DNA of 64,000 nucleotides from the human T2T-CHM13v2.0 reference genome, Homo sapiens. The notes under the pieces were generated by a model, which was not told the DNA's origin, ran no database searches, and saw only the letters and a program-made list of their open reading frames with translations. Both the position numbers and the translations under genes were made by a program. Location: assembly GCF_009914755.1 (NCBI RefSeq), contig NC_060945.1; one strand, given 5' to 3'. Shown here piece after piece: positions 42,601 to 57,600 of this stretch (the first letter of the stretch is position 1; every line of letters starts with the position of its first letter).

Positions 42601-45600
42601 GTAGGGGAGTGGAATGTAATGTAATTGAATGGAATGGATTCGAATGGAATGGACTGGAATTTAATGGACTGGAATGGAATGGACTCTAATGGAATGGAAT
42701 CAAATGGAAAGGAAACGAACGGAATGGAATCGAATTGAATGGATTCGAATGGAATGGACTGGAATGGAATGGACTCGAATGGATGGCACACGAATAGAAT
42801 GGAATTGAATGGAATGGAATGGCATGGATTCAAATGGAAGGGACTGGAATTTAATGGATTGGAATAGAATGGACTGGAATATAACGGAATAGAATGGAAT
42901 GGTTTCAAACGGAATAGAATCAAATGGAATAGATTCAAATGCAATGGAGTCGAACGGAACGGAATCGAATGGAATGGATTTGAATGGAATGTACTGGATT
43001 GGAATGGACGCAAAAGTAATGCACTCGAATGGATCGGACTGGAATGGAATGGACTCAGATGGAATGCAATAGAAACGAATGGAATTGAATGGCATTGAAT
43101 GGAATCGAATGGAATGTGATGAAGTGGAGTGGAGTGGAGTGGAGGGAAATGCAGTGGAATGGAATGTGGTGGAATGGAATTGAATGGAGTGGAGTGGAGT
43201 GGAGTGGAATGCAATGGAATGTACTGGAATGGCGTCGATTGGACTGCAGTGTAGTGGATTGTAGTGGAGGGGAATGGAGTGGAAAGGAGTGGAGTGAAGT
43301 GGAGTGGAATGGAATGCAGTCGAGTGGAATGGAATGGAATGGAATGGAGTGGAAAGGAATGGAATGGAATTGAATGGAATGGAAAGGAAAGGAAGGGAAT
43401 GGAGTGGAGTGTAGTGGACTGGAGTGGAGTGGAGTTGAATGGAGTTGAGTGTAGTGGAGTGGAATGGAGTGGTTTGGAGTGGAATGGAATGGAATGGCAT
43501 GGACTCAAATGGAAAAGACTCAAATGGAATGGACTGGAATATAGTGTACATTAATTGAATGGACTCGAATGGAATGGACTCGAATGGAATGTATTGGAAT
43601 GGAATGGACTCAAATGGAGTGGAATCGGATGGAATAGAATCGAATGGAAAGGAATCGAATGGAATGGAATCGAATGGAATGGAATCAAATGTAATAGAAT
43701 CGAATGGCCACGAATGGCATCGAATGGGACCAAATAGAATGTGGTGAGGTGGAGTGGAGTGGAGTGGAATTGAGTGGAATGGAATCATGTGGAACGCAAC
43801 TGAATGTAGTAGCTTGGATTCTTGTGGAGTGGAGTAGAATGTAATGGAATGGGAAGGCGTGGAAGTGAACGGAATGGAGTGGAGTGGAATGGAGTGGAAT
43901 GGACTGCAATGGAATGGAATGGAATGGAATGAAGTGGAGTGGAATGGAATGGAACCGAAAGGAATGGAAGGGAATGGAATGCTATGGAATGGAGTGTAGT
44001 GGAGTGGAATGGAGTGTAATGGAATGGAGTGGAATGGAATGGAATGAAGAGGAGTGGACTGGATTGGAATGCACTAGAATGGAATAAAATGGAATGGACT
44101 CGAATAGAATGGGCTTGGATGAAACGAAGTGTGATGTAATGGACTGGAATGGAATGGGCTGGAAAGGAATGGACTCGAATGGAATGGAATCGAACGGAAT
44201 GAAAAAGAGTGGAATGGAATCTAACGCAATGTAATCAAAAGGCATCGAATGGAATCAAATGGACTTAGTGAACTGGAGTTAATTGGAGTGGAAGGGAGTG
44301 GAATGGAATGGGGTGGAAAGGAATTTAATGGAGTGAAGTGAAGTGGAGTGGAATGGAGTGGAACGGAATGGAATTGATTGGAGTAGAGATGAGTGGAGTG
44401 GGGTGGAGACGAATGCACTGGAATGGAATGGAAAGGAATGGAGTGGAGTGGAGTGGGGTGGAACCGAGTGGAATGGAATGGAATGGAAAAGAATGGCATG
44501 GAATGGATTGAAATGGAATAGACTGGAATGGAATGGAGTCTAATCGAATGGACTCGAATGGCACGTAATCCAATTGAGTGGACTCGAAAGGAATGGACTC
44601 AAATGGAATGGACTCGAATGTAATGGTCTCGAATTGAATGGAAACCTAGAGATTGGAATCGAATGGAAAAGCATCCAATGGAATGGAATCGAATGGAATG
44701 GAATCTAACGGACTGGAATCAAATGCAATGGAATTGAATGTAATGGAATCTAAAGGAATGGAATCGAGTGGAATGGAATCGAATGGAAAGTAATCAAATG
44801 GCATGGAATGAAATCGAATGGAATATGGTCAAATGAAGTGGAGTAGAGTGGAATGGAATGGTGTTCAATGGAACTGAAGGGAGTGGAGTGGAGTTGAATG
44901 TAGTGGAAAGGAATGTAATGGGAAGGAAAGGAAGTGAACAGAGTGGAGTGGAGTGGAATGCAATGGAATGGAATGGATTGGAGTGGACTTGAGTTGAGTG
45001 GAGTGGAGTGGATCAGATTGGAATGGAATGGAGTGGAATGGAGTAGAGCGGAATAAAATGCAATGGAATGCAATGCAAAGTAATGGAATGGAGTGGAATG
45101 GAGTGGACTGGAGTGGAGTGGAGTGGAATGGAATGGAGTCGAGTGGAATGGAAGGGAATGCAGTGGATTGGAATGGAAGGGAATGGAATGGAATAGAATG
45201 GAATATAATGGAATGGAATGGAATTTAATGGAGTGGAGTGGAATAGAATGGAATGGAGTGGATTGGAATGGAATGGGTTGGAAAGGAATGGAATGGAATG
45301 GAGTGCAGAAAAGTGGAGTGCAGAGGAGTGCAGGGAGTGTTATGGAGTGGAATTGAATGGAATGGAATGGAATGGAATGGAATGGAATGGAATGGAATGG
45401 ACACGAATACAATGGACTTGAACGGAATGGACTCGAATGCAATGGACCCGAATAGAAAGGAATTGAATGGAATGGAATCAAAAGGAATGTAATCGAATGG
45501 CATTTAATATAATCGAATGGAATGTGGTGAAGTGGAGTGGAGTGGACTGGGATGGAGTGGAATGGAATGGGGTGGAATTGTATTGAATGGAGTGGAGTGC

Positions 45601-48600
45601 AGTGGAAAGGAATGGAGTGGAATGGAACGGAACGGGAGGGAATGGAATCGGAAGGAAGAGAATGGAATGGAGTGGAATGGAGTGGAGTGGAATGCAACGG
45701 AATGGAATGGAATGGATTGGAGTGGAGTTGTGTGGAGTGGAATGGAATGGAGCGGAATGGAATACAATGGAATGGAAATAAAAGCAGTGGAGTGGAGTGG
45801 AGCGGAATGGAGTGGAATGGAATGGAATTGAATGGGAAGGAATGGAATTGAATGGAGTGGAGGGCAATGGAATGGAATGGAATGAAGTGGAGGGGCTTGG
45901 AGTGGAGTGCAATGGAATGGAGAGGAGTGGAGTAGATTGCATTTTAGTGGAGCGGAGTTTAATGGAATGGAATGGAGTGGAATGGAATGGAATGGTTTTG
46001 AATGGAACTTAATCGAATGGTATGGAATCAAATGGGATGTAATCAAATACAAGGGAATAGAATGGAATGGAATCGAATGTAATGTAATCGAATGGAATGG
46101 AATCAAATGGAATTGAATTAAATGAAATGGAATCAAATGAAATGGACACGAAAAGAATGGAATGGAATGGAATGGACGTGAATGGAATGGACTAGAATGG
46201 ATTGGACTGGAATGGAATGGACTCGGATTCAATGGAATAGAATGGAATGGAATCGAATGGCATTGAATGGAATCGAATGGAATGCGGTGAAGTTGAGTGG
46301 AGTGGAGTGAAATGCAATGGAATGGAATGGGGTAGAATGGTATTGAATGGAGTGGAGAGGAGTGGAGTGGAAAGCAATGGAATGGAATGGAATGGCATGG
46401 ATTGGATTGGAGGGTAGTGGACTGTAGTGGAGTGGAATGGAGTGGAATGGATTGGAGTGGAGAGGAGTGGAGAGGACTGGAGTGGAATGGAGTGGAGAAG
46501 AGTGGAGAGGAGTGGAGTTGAATGACATTAAATGGAATGGAGTTGAGTGGAATCGATTGGAATAGAGTAGAGGAGAGTGTAATGGAGTGCAATGTAATGT
46601 AATGGAATGGAATGGAATTTAACAGAGTGAAGTGGAGTGGAGTGGAATGCAATGGAATGGAATTGAATGGAGTGGAGTGGAGTCGAATGGAATGCAATGG
46701 AATGGAATGGAATGGAATCTAATGGAATGGATTTGAATGGAATGGAATCAAATGGAAGGGAATGGGATGGAATTAATAGAATGGAATGGATTTGAAAGAA
46801 ACGGAATTGAATGGGATCAAATGGAATCGAATGGAATGTGGTGAAGTGGAGTGGAGTGGAATTGAGTGTAATGGAATTTGGCGGAATGCAATTGAATGGA
46901 GTGGAGTGGTTTTGAATGGACAGGAAAGGAATGGAATGGGAATGAATGTAATTGAATGGAGTGGAGGCGAGTGGAGTGGAATGCAAAAGAATGGAATGGA
47001 ATGGAGTGTAGGGGAGTGGAGTAAATTCTAGTGGAGTGGAGAGGAATGGAGTGGAATGGTATGGAATGGAAAGGAATGGAGTGCAATTGAATCGAATGGA
47101 ATGGAATGGAATGGAATGCAGTGGAGTAGAGTGGAGTGGACTGCAGTTAAATGGAATGGAATGGAATGGAATGCAGTGGAGTAGAGTGGAGTGGACTGCA
47201 GTTAAATGGAATGGAATGGAATGGAATGGAATGGAATGGAGTGTAGGGAATTGGAATGCAATGGAATGGAATGGAAAGGAATGGAATGGATTCCAATGGA
47301 ATGGAATGGACTGTAATGGAATCGACTGGAATGGAATGGATTCGAATGGAAAGAAATCAAATGGAATGGAAACGAATGGAATGGATTCGAGTAGAATGGA
47401 CTGGTATGGAATGGACTAGAATGGACTGGACACGAATGGAATGGAATTGAATGTAATGGAATGGAATGGAAAGGTTATGGAATGGAATGAATTAGAATGG
47501 ATTGGACTGGAATTTAATGGACTGGAATGGAATGGAATGGAGTGTAATGGACTCGAATGGAATGGAATTGAATGGAATGGATTCGAGCAGAATGGAATTG
47601 AATGGAATGGATTCGAAAGGAATGGAATCAAATGGAATGGAATCGAATTGAATGGATACCAATGGAATTGACTGGAATGGAAGGGATGCAAAATGGAATG
47701 GACTCGAATGGATTTGACTGGAATGGAATGGAATCGTATGGAATGGAATTGAATGCAATGGAATCGAATGGCATCAAATGGAATCGAATGGAATGCGGTG
47801 AAGTGGAGTGGAGTGGAGTGAAATGCAGTGGAATGGAATGGGGTGGAATGGAATTGAATTGAGTGGGGCAGAGTGGAGTGGAATGGAGTGGAATTGAATG
47901 GAGGGGAAGGAATGGAATTGAACAGACTTGAGTGGAGAGGAGTGGATTGGAATGCAATAGAATGAAATGGAATGGAATGGAGTGGAGTGGAGTGGATTGG
48001 AGTGGAATTAAATAGAATGGAATGGAATGGAATGGAATGGAATGGAATGGAATGGAATGGAATGGAATGAACTCAAACGGAATGGACTGCAAGGGAATGG
48101 ACTGGAATGGAATGGACCCGAATGGAATGGACTGGAATGGAATGGACTCAAAAGGAATGAACTCGAATGTAATGGAGTAGAATGGAAAGGAATCGTACTG
48201 AATGGAATCGAATGGAATGGAATCAAATGAAATAATATGGAAAGGCGTCGAATGGAATCCAGTGTTATGCGGTGAAGTGGAGTGGAGAGGAGTGTAATTG
48301 AGTGGATTGGAATGGGGTGGAATGGAAAGGAATGCAGTGGAGTGCACTGGAGTGCAATAGAGTGGAATGGAATGGAATGGGAAGGAATGGAATTGAACTG
48401 AGTGGAGTTGAGTGGAGCGGAGAGGAGTGGAATGCAAAGGAATGGTAAGGAGTGCAAAGGAATGGAATGGAATGGACTGGAATGGAAAGGACTCGAATGG
48501 AACGGAATTGAATGGAATGGACGCGAATGGTATGGACTCGAATGCAATGTAATCAAACGGAGTGGAATCAAATGGCACTGAATTGAATAAAATGGAATCA

Positions 48601-51600
48601 AATGGAAAGGAATCGGAAGGCAACGAGTGGAAGGGAATGGAATGTGGTTAATTGGAGTGCAATGAATTGGAATGCAGTGGAATGGAATGAGGTGGAATGG
48701 AATTGATTGGAGTGGAGTGGAGTGGAGCAGAATGCAATGGAATGGAATGGACCAGCATGGATTGGAGTTGAGTGGAGTAGAGTGGAGTGGAGAGTAGTGG
48801 AATGGAGTGTAGTGTAGTGGAGTGGAGTGGAGTGGAGTGGAATGGAATGCACAGGAAAGGAATGGACTAGAATGGAACGGACATGAATGGAATGGACTCG
48901 AATGGAATGGACTCGAATGCAATGGAATCAAATGGAATGGAATAGAATGGAACGGAATTGAATGAAATGGAATCAAATGGAAAGGAATCAAATGGCATCA
49001 AACAGAATGGAATGGAATGTGGTTAATTGGAGTGCAGTGCATTGGAATGGAATGGTGTGCAATGGAATTGAATGGAGTGGAGTGGAGTGGAGCAGAATGC
49101 AATGGAATGGAAGGGAACAGCATGGATTGGAGTTGAGTGTAGTAGAGTGGAGTGGAGTGGAAGGGAGTGGAGTGGAGTGTAGTGGAGTGGAGTGGAGTGG
49201 AAAGGAATGGAGTCTAGTGGAATGTAATGGAATAGAATGGAATGGAATGTAGTGGAATGGAATGGAATGGAGTTGAAATAAATGGAAAGGAATGCAATGG
49301 AATGGAATGGAATGGATTGGAATGGGATGGAATGGAAAGGAGTGGAATGGAATGTAACGTAGTGGAATGGAAAGTATTGGAGGGGAATGGAATGGAGTGG
49401 AAAGGAATGGAATTTAACAGAGTGGAGTGGAGTGTAGGGGAGTGGAGTGGAATGCTATGGAATGTAATGGAATGGAGTGGAGTGGAAAGCAGTGAATTGG
49501 AGTGGAGTGGAATGGAGTGGAATGGAGTGGAGTGGAATGGGATGAAATGGAATATGGTGGAGTGGAGTGGAATGGGATGAATTGGAATATGGTGGAGTGG
49601 AATGGAATGGAATGGAGTGGATGAGAGTGGAATGGAGTGGAATGGAATGGTATGGAATTGAACGGAGTGGAGTGGAATGCAATGGAATGGAATTGAATGG
49701 AGAAGACGGGAGTGTAGTGGAGGGGAGTGGAATGGAATCGAGTAGAATGGACTGGAATGGAATGGACACGAATAGAATGGACTTGAGTGGAATGGAATCG
49801 AAAGGAATGAAATTGAATGGAATGGAATTGAATGGAATTGATGTGAAACGAAAAGAACAGAAGGGAATCGAATGGAATTCAATGGAATGCGGTAAAGTGG
49901 CGTAGAATGGAGTGGAATGCAGTGGAATGGAAAGGAATGGGAAGGAATGGAATTGAAGGGAGTGGAGTGGAATGCAGTGGAATGGAGTGGAATGGAATGA
50001 GGTGGAATGGAATTGAACTGAGTGGAGTGGAGAGGAATGAAATGGAATGGAATGGAATGGTGTGGATTGGATTGGAGTGCAGTGGATTGTAGTGGAGTAG
50101 AGTGGAATGGAGTGCAGTGGAGTGGAGTGGAGTGGAATGGAATGGTGCCGAGTGGTATGAAATGGAATGGAATGGAATGGAATGCAGTGGAATGGAGTGG
50201 AATGCAGTGGAAAGGAATTGAATGGAATGGAATGGAGTGGAGTGGAGTGGAATCTTATGGAATGGAATGGAATGGAGTGGAGTGGAATGGAATGGAGTGG
50301 ATTCGAATGGAATGGAATGGAGATGAGTGGAATGGAATGGAATTGAGGGGAATGGAATAGGGTTGACAGGATTGGAATTTAACGGAGTGGTGTGGAGTGG
50401 AGTGGAATGCTATGGAATATAATGGAATGGAGTCGAGTGGAAAGGAGTAAAGTGGAGTAGAGTGGAATGGATTGTAGTGGAGTGGAGTGGAATGGAATGA
50501 AATGGAATGTGGTGGAGTGGAATGGAATGGAATGAGTAGACGGGAGTAGAATTGAGTGGAATGGAATGGAATGGAAAAAAACTAAACGCAGTGGAGTGGA
50601 GAGGAATTCAATGGAATGGAATTGAATGGAGAGGAGTGCAGGGAAGTGGAGTGGAACAGAATGGAATAGAATGGACTGGAATGGAATGGACACGAATGGA
50701 ATGGACTTGAGTGGAATAGAATCGAATGGAATGGAATTGAATCGAATGGAATTGAATGGAATCATTTGAAAGGAATGGAATCGAAGGGAATCGAATGCAA
50801 TTCAATGGAATACAGTGAAGTGGCGTGGAGTGGAGTGGAATGAAGTGGAATGGAATAGAGTGGGAAGGAATGGAATTGAATGGAGTGTTGTGTAATGGAT
50901 TGGAATGGAGTGGAATGGAATCGGGTGGAATGGAATTGAATTGAATGGATGGGAGAGGAACGCAATGGAATGGATTGGAATGGCATGGATTGGATTGGAG
51001 TGTAGTGGACTGTACAGGAGTGAAGTGGAGTGTAGGGGAGTGGAATTGAATGGTGTCAAGTGGAATGTAATGAAATGGAATGTAAAGAAATGGAGTGGAA
51101 TGGAGTGGAATGGAGTGCAAAGAAATTAAATGGAATGGAATGTAAGGGATAGGAATGGAATTGAATGGAGTGGATTGGAATGGAATGGAGTGAGTGGAAT
51201 GGAATGCAATGGAGGGGAATGGAATGTGGTTGACAGGAGAGGAAATTAACTGATTGGAGTGGAGAGGAGTTGAATGCTATAGAATGGAATGGAATGGAGT
51301 GGAGTGGTGAGTAGTGCAGTGGAGTGTAATGGAGTGAGGTGGAGTGGAGAGGAGTGGAGTGGAATTGAATGAAATGGAATGGAGTGGAGTGGAAAGGACT
51401 GGAATGTAGTGGAGGGGAGTGGAATGGAGTGTATTGTAATGGAATGGAATGGAATGGAACTTAGTGTAGTGGAGTGGAGAGGAGTGGAATGGAATGCAAT
51501 GGAATGGAATTGAATGGTGTGGAGTGGAGTGGAGTGGGGTGGGGTGGTGTGGAGTGGAATGGAATGGAATGGTATGGAATGGACACGAATGGAATGGACT

Positions 51601-54600
51601 GGAATGGAATGGAATCAAATGAAATGGAATCAAATTGAATTAATTGAATAGAATGGATTCGAAAGGAATGGAATCGAATGGCATCGAATGGAATGTGGAG
51701 AAGTGGAGTGGAGTGGAATGGAGTGGAATGGAATTTGGTGGAATGCAATTGAATGGAGTGGATTGGAGTGGGGTGGAATGGAGTGGTATGGAATGGAATG
51801 GGAATGAATGGAATTGATTGGAGTGGAGTGGAGTGGATTGGAGTGGAATGCAAAGGAATGGAATGGAGTGGAGTGGAGTGGAGTAAACTGTAGTGGAGTG
51901 GAGTAGAAAGGAATGGAATAAAATGGACTAGAATGAAATGGACACGAATAGAATGGACTTAAGTGGAATGTAATCGAATGGAATGGAATAGAAAGGAATG
52001 GAAATTAATGGAATGGATTTGAAAGGAATGGGAACGAATGGAATCTAATGGAATTAAATGGAATGCAGTGAAGTGGCGTAGAGTGGCTGCAATGTTATGG
52101 AATGGAATGGAATGGGAATGAATTGAATTGAATGGAGTGGAGTGGAATGTAGTGGAATGGAATGGGGTGGAATGGAATTGAATTGAATGTAGTGGAGTGG
52201 AATGCAATGGAATGGAATGGAAGGACATGGATTGGATTGGAGTGTAGTGGATTGTAGTGGAGTGGAGTGGAGAAGAATGGAGTGGAGTTGAGTGGAGTGG
52301 AATGGAATGGTGTCGAGTGGAATGGAATGGAAAAGATTGGAGTGGAATGGAGTGGAATGGATTGGAATGAAATTTTTTGGAATGCAATTGAATCGAGTGG
52401 ATTGCAGTGGAGTCGAATGGAGTGGAATGGAATGGAATGGGAATGAATGGAATTGAATGTAGTGGAGTGGAGTGGAATGCAAAGGAATGGAATGTAGTGG
52501 AGTGGAGTGGAGAGGAGTAAACTGTAGTGCAGTGGTGAGGAATGGAGAGGAATGGAATGAAATGGAATGGAATGGAATGGAATGGAATGGAATGGAGAGC
52601 AATTGAATCAAATGCAATGTGATGGAAAGCAATGCAGTGGAGTGGAGAGGAGTGGAGTGGAGTGCAGTAGAATGGAGTGGAGTGGAATAGAATGGAATGG
52701 AATAGAATGGAATGGAATGGAAGAGAGTGGAATGGAATGGACTTGAATGGATTGGACTCAAATGGATTTGAATGGAATGGAATGGAATCGAATCGAATGG
52801 GATGGAATTGAAAGGTATGGAATCGAATGGAATTGAGTTGGAATGGAATGGAATTGAAAGGCATCAAATGTAATCAAATGGAATGGAATCGAATGGCCTC
52901 GAATGGAAGCAAATGGAATGTGATGAAATGGAGTGGAGAGTTGTGGAATGGAGTGTGATGGAATGGGTTAGAATGGAATTGAATATACTGGAATGGAGTG
53001 TAGTGGAATGGAGTGGGATGGAATGGAATGGGAAGGAATGGAATTGAACGGAGTGCAGTGGAGTGCAGTGGAGTGGAGTTGAAGGCAATGAAATGGAATA
53101 GAATGGGGTAGAGTGGAGTAGAGCAGAGTGGAGTGGCGTGGAATGGAGTGAAGTGGAGTAGCGTGGAGTGGAATTGAGTGGAGAGGAGTCGAGTGGAGTG
53201 GAATGGAATTGAATGAAATGGAATTGAGTGGAATGGAATGGAATATAATGGAATGGAATGCAATGGAATGGGAAGGAATGGAATTGAACGGAATGGAGTG
53301 GAGTGGAATGGAATGGAATGGACGGAATGGAATTCAATGGAGTGGAGTGGAGTGAAGTGCATTGGAGTGCAATTGAATGCAATGGATTGTAGTGGAGTAC
53401 AGTTGAGAGGAGTGTATTGGAATGCCCAGGACTGGAATATGATGGAGTGGAGTGGAGTGGAGTGGAATGGAGTGGAGTATAGAGTCGTGGAGTGGAGCGT
53501 AATGGAATGGAGTGGAGTGGGATGGAATTGACTCAAGTGGAGTGGAGTGGAATGGAGTGGAATCGAATGGAATGGAAAGGAGGGGCGTGGAATAGAGTGG
53601 AGTGGAGTGGAGTAGAATGGAATAGAGTGGTATGGAATGGAATGGAATGGAATGGAATGAAATGGAGGGGAGTGGAGTGGAGGGGAATGTAGTGGAGTGG
53701 AGTGGTGTGGAGTTGAGTGGAGTGGAGTGGAATGGAGCAGAATGGAATGGAATGGAGTGGAGTGGTGTGGAGTTTAATGGAATGCATTGGAGTGGAATGG
53801 AATGGAGTGGAATGGAATGGAATGGAGTGGAATGGAATGGAATGGAATGGACACGAATGGGATGGACTTGAATGGAATGAACTGGAATGGGATGTCCTCG
53901 AATGGAATGGAGTCGAATAGAATGCACTTGAATGGAATGGACTCGAATGGAATGGACTCGAACAGAATGGAATCGAATGGAATGTAATTGAATGGAGTGT
54001 AATCGAACAGAATGGAATCGGATGGAATGATAGCAGATGGAATGGAATGGAATGGAATGGAATCGAATGGCATTGAATGGAATGCGGTGAAGTGGAGTGT
54101 AGTGGATTGGAGTGCAGTGGATTGGAATGGAAAGTGATGGAATGGAATTGAATGGACTGAAGTGGAGTGGAATGGAATGGGAAGGAATGGAATTAAATGC
54201 AGTGGAGTGCAGTGGATTGGAATGCAATGGAATGGTATGGAATGGAGTGGAGTCGAGTGGAGGGGAGTGGAGTGGATTGAAGTGAAGTGTAATGCATGTG
54301 AATGGAATAGAATGGAGTGGAAAGAAATGCAGTGGAATCGAATGCAGTGTAATGGAATGTAGTGGGGGTGGAATAGAATAGAATAGAATGGAATGGAGTA
54401 GAGTGAAATGAAGTGGAATGCATTGGAGTGGAATAGAATGGAGTGGAGTGAAGTGGAGTGGATGGAATGGAGTGGGGTGGAGTGGAATGGAATGGAATGG
54501 AATGGAATGGAATGGAATGACTCAGATGGAATGGAATCGATGAAATGAACTGGAATGGAATGGACTCAAAGGGAATGGAGTGGAATCAAATGGAATGGGA

Positions 54601-57600
54601 TCAAATGGAATGGAAATGAATGGAATTAAAACCAACAGAATGGAACAGCATGGCATCGACTGGATTCGAATGGTAAATGGTGAAGGGGAGTGGGGTGGAG
54701 TGGACTGGAACAGAGTTGAATGGGGTTGAAAGAAATTTATTGGAGTGGAGTGCAGTGGAGTGGAGTGGAGTGGAATGGAATGCAATGAAAAGGAATGATA
54801 TTGAACAGAGTGGAGTGGAGTGGAATGCAATGGAAAGGAAAGGAATGGATTGGAGTGGAGTGGAGTGGAATGCAATGTAATGGAATAAATTGGAGTGGAG
54901 TGGAGTGGAATGGAATGGAAGAGATTGGATTGGATTGGAATGGAATGGAATGGACTCAAATGGAATGGACTGGAATGGAATTTACTGGAATGGAACGGAC
55001 TGGAATGGAATGCACTCGATTGGGATGGACAAAAATGGAAGTTCTCCAAAGTAATGAAACTGAATGGAAAGGAATTGAATGGAATCGAATCAAATGGAAT
55101 GGAATAGAAAGGAAAGGAATCGAATAGCATCAAACGGAATAGAAAGGAATGCGATGAATTGGAGTTTAGTGGACCGGAGTGGAATGGTATGGCACAGAAG
55201 GGAATTGAATGGAGTGAAGTGTAGTGGAATAGAGTGGAATGGAACGGAATGGGAAGAAATTTAATTGGATGGAGTGGAGTGGAGAGTAGTATCCAATGGA
55301 AAGGAATGGAATGTAGTGGAGTGGAGTGGATTGGAATGGAGTAAAATGGAATGGAATGGAATGGAAAGGAATGGAATTGAGTGGAATGGACTGGAATGGA
55401 ATGGAATGAAATGGACTCTAATAAAATGGACTCGACTGGAATGTACTGGAAGGGAATGGAAATGATTGGAATGGAATACAATGGAATGGAGTGGAATGGA
55501 CTCGAATGCAATGAACTCGAATGGAAGGGAATCGAATTGAATGGACTATAATGGAATGGAATCAAATGGAATGGAATCAAATGGCATCGAATGGAATTGA
55601 ATGGAATGCGATGAAGTGGAGTGGACTGGAGTGGAGTGGAAGGGAATTGAATGGAATGGAATTGAGTGGAATGGAATGGAATGGAATGGAATGGAATGGA
55701 ATGGAATGCAATGCAATTGAATTGGAAGGAATAGAATTGAACTGAGTGGAGTGGAGTGGAGTGGAGTGGAGTGGAATGGAATGAAGTGGAATGGAATGGA
55801 CTGGAGTGGAATGGAATGGAATGGGGTGGAGTGGAATCGATTGGAATGGAATGGAATGAGGACGGGAATTGAATGGAGTGGAGTGGAATGGAGTGGAATG
55901 CAAAGGAATTGAATGGAATGGAGTGGAGTGGAGGTGAATAAAGTGTAGTGTAGTGGAGAGGAATGGACTGGAATGGAATGGAATTGAATTAAATGGTGTG
56001 GAATTGAGTCGAATTTAATGGAATGCACCAGAGTGGTATGGAGTGGAGTGGAATGGAGTGGAATGGAATGGAATGGAATGGAAGGGAATGGAATGGAATG
56101 GAAGGGACTGGAATGGAATGGACTTGAATGGAAGGGAATGGAATGGAATGCAATTGAATGGAATTGAGTGGAATAGAATTGAATTGTATGGAATCGAATG
56201 GAAGGGAATCGAATGGCATCAAATGGAATCAAATGGAATGCGGTGAAGTGGAGTGGAGTGGATTGAAACGCAGTGGAATGGAATGAGGTAGAATGGAATT
56301 GAGTGGAGTGGAGTGCATTGGAATGGGTTGGAATGGAATGGAATTGGAAGGAGTGGAATTGAACGGATTGGAGTGGAATGAAAAGGAGTGGAAAGCAATG
56401 CAATGGAATGGAGTAGAGTGGAGTTGTGTGGAGTGGAGTAGTATGCAATGGAATAGAATGGAATGGAATGGATTTGAAAGGAATGGAATGGAATGGTTTC
56501 GAATGTAATGGACTGGAATGAAATGGTCTGGAAAGGAATGGGCTCGAATGGAATGGACTCGATGGAATGCACTTGAAGGGAGTGGACTGGAATGGAATGG
56601 ACTGGAATATAATGGACTTGGATGGAATGGATTTGAATGGAATGAACTCGAAAGGAATGAACTCGCATGTAATGGACTCGAATTGTATGGAATCGAATAG
56701 AAGGGACTCGCATGGAATGGATGAGAATGGAATGGAATAGAATGGAATGGAGTCGAATGGAATGGAATAGAATAGCATCAAAGAGAATACAGTGGAATGC
56801 GATGAAGTGGAGTGGAGTCGAGTGGAATGGAGTGGAATGGAATTGAATGCAGCAGAGCGGAGTGGTGTCAAATGGATTTGAATAGAATGGAATGGTAAGG
56901 AATAGAATTGAACCGAGTTGAGTTGAGTGGAGTGGAATGGAGTAATATGCAAAGAATGGAATCCAGTGGATTGGAATGGAATGGAATGGAGTGGAGTGGA
57001 ATGGAATGGGGTGGAAATAGTGGAATTGAATGGAATGGAGTGGAGTGGAGAGATGTGGAGTGGAGTGCAGTGGAATGGATTGGAGTGGAGTGGAGTGGAA
57101 TGCAATGAAGTGAAATGGAGTGGAGTGGAGTGGAATGGAATAGAATTAAGTGGAGTGGAGTGGAATGGAGTGAAATGAAATGGAATTGGATTGAATGGAA
57201 TTGAACGGAGTGGAGTGGAATGCGGTGGAATGCAATGGAATGGAATAGAATGGATTGGAGTGGAGTGGAATGGAATGGAATGGAATGAAATGGAATCGAA
57301 TGTTATGGACAGGAATGTAATGGACTAAAAAGGAATGCACTCGAATGGAATGTCCTCGAATGGAATAGACTCTTATGAAATGGAATCGAATGGAATGGAA
57401 TCATATGGAATTGAATTGAGTGAAATGGAATCAAATGGAATGGCATCGAATGGCATCAAATGGAATCAACTGGAAAGAGGCATTGCATGGAATGGCTTCC
57501 AATGGAATCAAATGGAAACAAGTGGAGTGGAGTGGAAAGTAGTGGCAAGGAATGGGGTGGAATGGAATTGAATGGATGGGAATGGAAACCAGGTAAGTGG

